A stretch of DNA of 62,664 bases, counting the filler, from Asterionella formosa (taxonomy: Eukaryota), in assembly GCA_002256025.1 (NCBI GenBank). It is 6 parts of 6 records of this genome, joined end to end, with 100 filler letters (N's around TTAATTAATTAA, not from the genome) between each part and the next. Parts side by side here need not be neighbours in the genome. Positions count along the whole stretch, not along the records: positions 34,992 to 62,664 come from NKIB01001439.1; 5 more parts are not named here. One strand, written 5' to 3'. The stretch's first letter is position 1. Each line of letters starts with the position of its first letter. The notes below the pieces were generated by a model. It saw nothing but the letters and a program-made list of their open reading frames with translations, was not told the origin of the DNA and did not search any database. Position numbers and translations under genes: made by a program. Of this stretch, positions 59,750 to 62,664 are shown piece by piece.

Positions 59750-61648
59750 TCGATGATTCTTGATTCGTTTATCCTATAAATGTGATCATAACCTATTGAT
59801 CATATGATGAACGGTGTCGTTGATGAGAAAATGAATGATCAACATTTATTTGCAAGAATCAGGATTAATTGATCTTAAAAATATGATCAAATGTTCCTAA
59901 ACACATGAGCATATTCAGTTTTTCGCTACACTATTGAAGTAATTACCAGCAATTATACAGTACTACCGGTAGGCCATACGAATTTTGGTCAATATGTCTA
60001 TATACATAAATGTATGATTTCGACCATTTGAAAAATTGGTGATGACTTCGTTTAGTAAGGGGCTTAATTAAATCAGCAACTGTCTTGTAGGTACAAGAAT
60101 TGACACAAAACAAATTGAAAAACTTCAACAGGTTGTAGAAAACTATGAACGCATCATGCATTGTATATATTTGAATTATGTATGATCAAAATTGATATTA
60201 GTATACACAGGATGTGCCGTATAATGAGCATGTTTAAAACTATGCAAATGTTCAACTATATATTATTTAAACTTCTTACAAATCATTATATATATGTATT
60301 TATGTCTGAAACATTTGAAATCATGTTTTCATGCATACACTTTGCTCCTGAAATGATGGATTAACACAGATGATGACGCCGAAAACTAAAGTGATAATAC
60401 AGCACAATGATGCTTGAGGCTTAGAAGAGAAGGGCGGAATCAATTGATGGTAAGTCAAGAGCAAATGCCTTTCATGTTCCTTGTCATGCATACACTTCCT
60501 GAAATGAAGGATCTCAAGCAACACATGATGCGAAAAACTGAAGTGACAATACAGCAAGATAAGAATGAGTGAATATGATGGAGAAGGGCGGAATCAACAA
60601 GCTGTGCATAGCATCACGGTTTGTCAAGAGCAAATGCCAAGATGATCAATTGCTGGGATTACAAATACGGAATGACTCGTCCCCTTTCAGTGATTCAATA
60701 ACTCCTTTTCGATTTGGTGGCTGGCCAAGAACCATCAATGCGGACAAAAGAAATCGGTAAGTGTTATCATCTTTGGATCAATCCACAACTGTTAGAAAAA
60801 CTTGACACATATGTGTTGCTTCTTTCAGGATAATGGTAGACAAACAGTATTTGTAAGTTACAAACAGCAGTGTTGGAGCCCATTTATTGATCGATACTTT
60901 GCTTCTCATTCAATCTTGAACTGACACATCCTTTTACAGAAATATGCATCAGTTACCTCCTCAATTTGTGGTAAGTGAAGGTAGAAGCGAAATGCATGTT
61001 GTTGTGTAAGCAAAACATGAACAACTAACAATGAATTGCTTCTCTTTGTTAGTATGGCTGATTGGAACGACGAAACGGATTCAATAGTGCGTGAATGCAA
61101 ACTCAGATCCGTCAGGATTAAATGGAACAAAGCAAGCAGGGGAACAACGGCAAGGCAACCAGTACAACAACCTTCAGAATTGGATCGGGGGGAAGGTGGA
61201 AGTGAAAGTAAAAGCTGAAGCACCAATCATTGCGATGAGAGCATTGTAGAACATTCTGTAGCCACTCAAGATATAGAAACATAGAACCATTCTTAAATAT
61301 AGTTCTTAATTTCGATCCATTTCATCCTATTTTAGACAGTGATATCGATGAGAATTACGATCATGCTAATATAGATGTATGACAAAAGTATACACATCAT
61401 ATGACCATGTTTAACTAATTATATGATGCAATGGTATTATAACTATGAAAGTCTCATCATACTTCAAGCTCGATAAAAGTTTACTGCATGATCATAATTA
61501 TATGATACATTGATCATATTTTTGATCGAAAAACTATCATATATTTGAAAATCCTGTGCCACTTATTTACAGACGAAAATTCCGACGTCCCTGACCACCA
61601 ACTCCTATTTCTGCTAAAAGACGGCGACCACTGGAGTGTGGCATGTTC

Positions 61649-62664
61649 ATCTAAGACGCCGTTTACGGCACTTTTTCGAATTTATGTGTAAAGTGACGTA
61701 TTTATGCTACTTTTAAAAAATATTATGTTACTTTTTTGAAATATTATGCTACTTTTTCCCTAATTTATTCGGGTTGAACAAAAATTTATTTCACTTATCG
61801 AATAATTATGTGATCACACCAATAATTATGTGTGTTCGTGACAATATATGTTGACCAACTAGCCATCGCAACAGTTTAAGCTTCACAACTTTTGCTATCT
61901 CATCAACTCACTCTGCAAATGCTGTTGCCCTCTTGTTTCTACAGCAGACAATCAATCTGAGCAATGAGAATGAGCAGCCGGCTCATTTGCTATGAATTGA
62001 TCTACCGATACTAGCAACAGGGACTCCTGCAAGTATGAGTAGCCAGGCAATCTTGTGAGTCGTTACAGCATCCAGCTGCAAGAATGAACATCCATTGCTT
62101 GTCGTATTGGTTTGAGAATCGCGTTCTATAGAAAGTATCAATATGAACTATATAGCGAAGCGATTAATTTGATTGATTTTGCGATTGTAGAATGAAATTG
62201 AAAGAGTGAATTGGTTACACATAATAATTTTTTTGACTAGCATATATATTTGTTTAACCTTGAGGTATTAATGTGATCAAAGTAAAGATAAAATGGGAGC
62301 AAACTAACAGAATTAATGGTAGTCAGAGTGAAGAATATTTGTGAACGGAAATGTTGCGAATTGTCGAGAAAAGTACCGTATTATAGAGATTATTACTGAA
62401 CAAATTTTTCTTCGTGTCGCAAGAAAATATTGTCAGTTGGCCCCAAAAATTATGTGGGTTCTAAAATAATTATGGAAGTTGTCGAAACTATTTTAGTTCA
62501 CTCCGTCCATATATATTGTATGATGCATCATATTTTTTTGTGATGTCATACCCTTAAATTATGTACGTAGCTAAATTCGTCATATTGGGCCACCCAAATA
62601 ATTAATTTGGGTGATCATATTTGACTAGCGTTTTTTTTGTGGCGGCTGTACCAGTAATCGGCGT
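61649..62664. mobile_element. Putative ~1-kb non-autonomous element (MITE-like) with imperfect terminal inverted repeats
   Basis: Left end is ATCTAAGACGCCGTTTACGGCAC. The window ends ...gtaccagtaatcggcgt, whose reverse complement is ACGCCGATTACTGGTAC. AATTATGT motifs occur near both ends and there is no ORF. Confidence 0.4.

Noticed and set aside
1..62664. rRNA, tRNA or prokaryotic defence/operon systems
   Set aside because: None recognisable by eye and gene structure is eukaryotic. A tRNAscan/Infernal run would be needed to exclude small ncRNAs.

Overview
Eukaryotic genomic DNA, most likely from a diatom. This is inferred from short GT-AG introns with CTAAC branch points, a signal-peptide tandem-SET gene of diatom type, and Copia, LINE and DNA-transposon remnants resembling diatom families. 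The window is not contiguous: it is six contigs joined by five identical artificial 100-bp linkers (44 N + TTAATTAATTAA + 44 N). Contig 1 (1-27692) is gene-dense: an unusual eIF4B-like protein fused to an eIF4G/DAP5-type W2 domain (3 exons), a ~6515-aa VPS13-family gene with PDZ- and C2-like inserts (5 exons), an Mpo1/DUF962-like membrane protein and a Nudix hydrolase. Four ~1.7-kb contigs (27793-34891) hold transposon debris: a Copia RNase H/PPT end, a Copia gag-protease-integrase fragment, a possible Ulp1-like relic and a dispersed repeat. Contig 6 (34992-62664) has a pogo-type transposase with its terminus, two unrelated decayed LINE fragments, a secreted tandem-SET protein, a DUF1348/SnoaL-like gene, LIS1, a truncated DDE transposase and several repeats. 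The best candidates for something new are the RRM-less eIF4B-W2 fusion with an NSRF repeat array, a GGTACC/TACCGGTA palindromic motif clustered upstream of genes, and an unnamed repeat family with an ATCTAnnACGCCG terminus. All domain calls are by eye; no searches were run.
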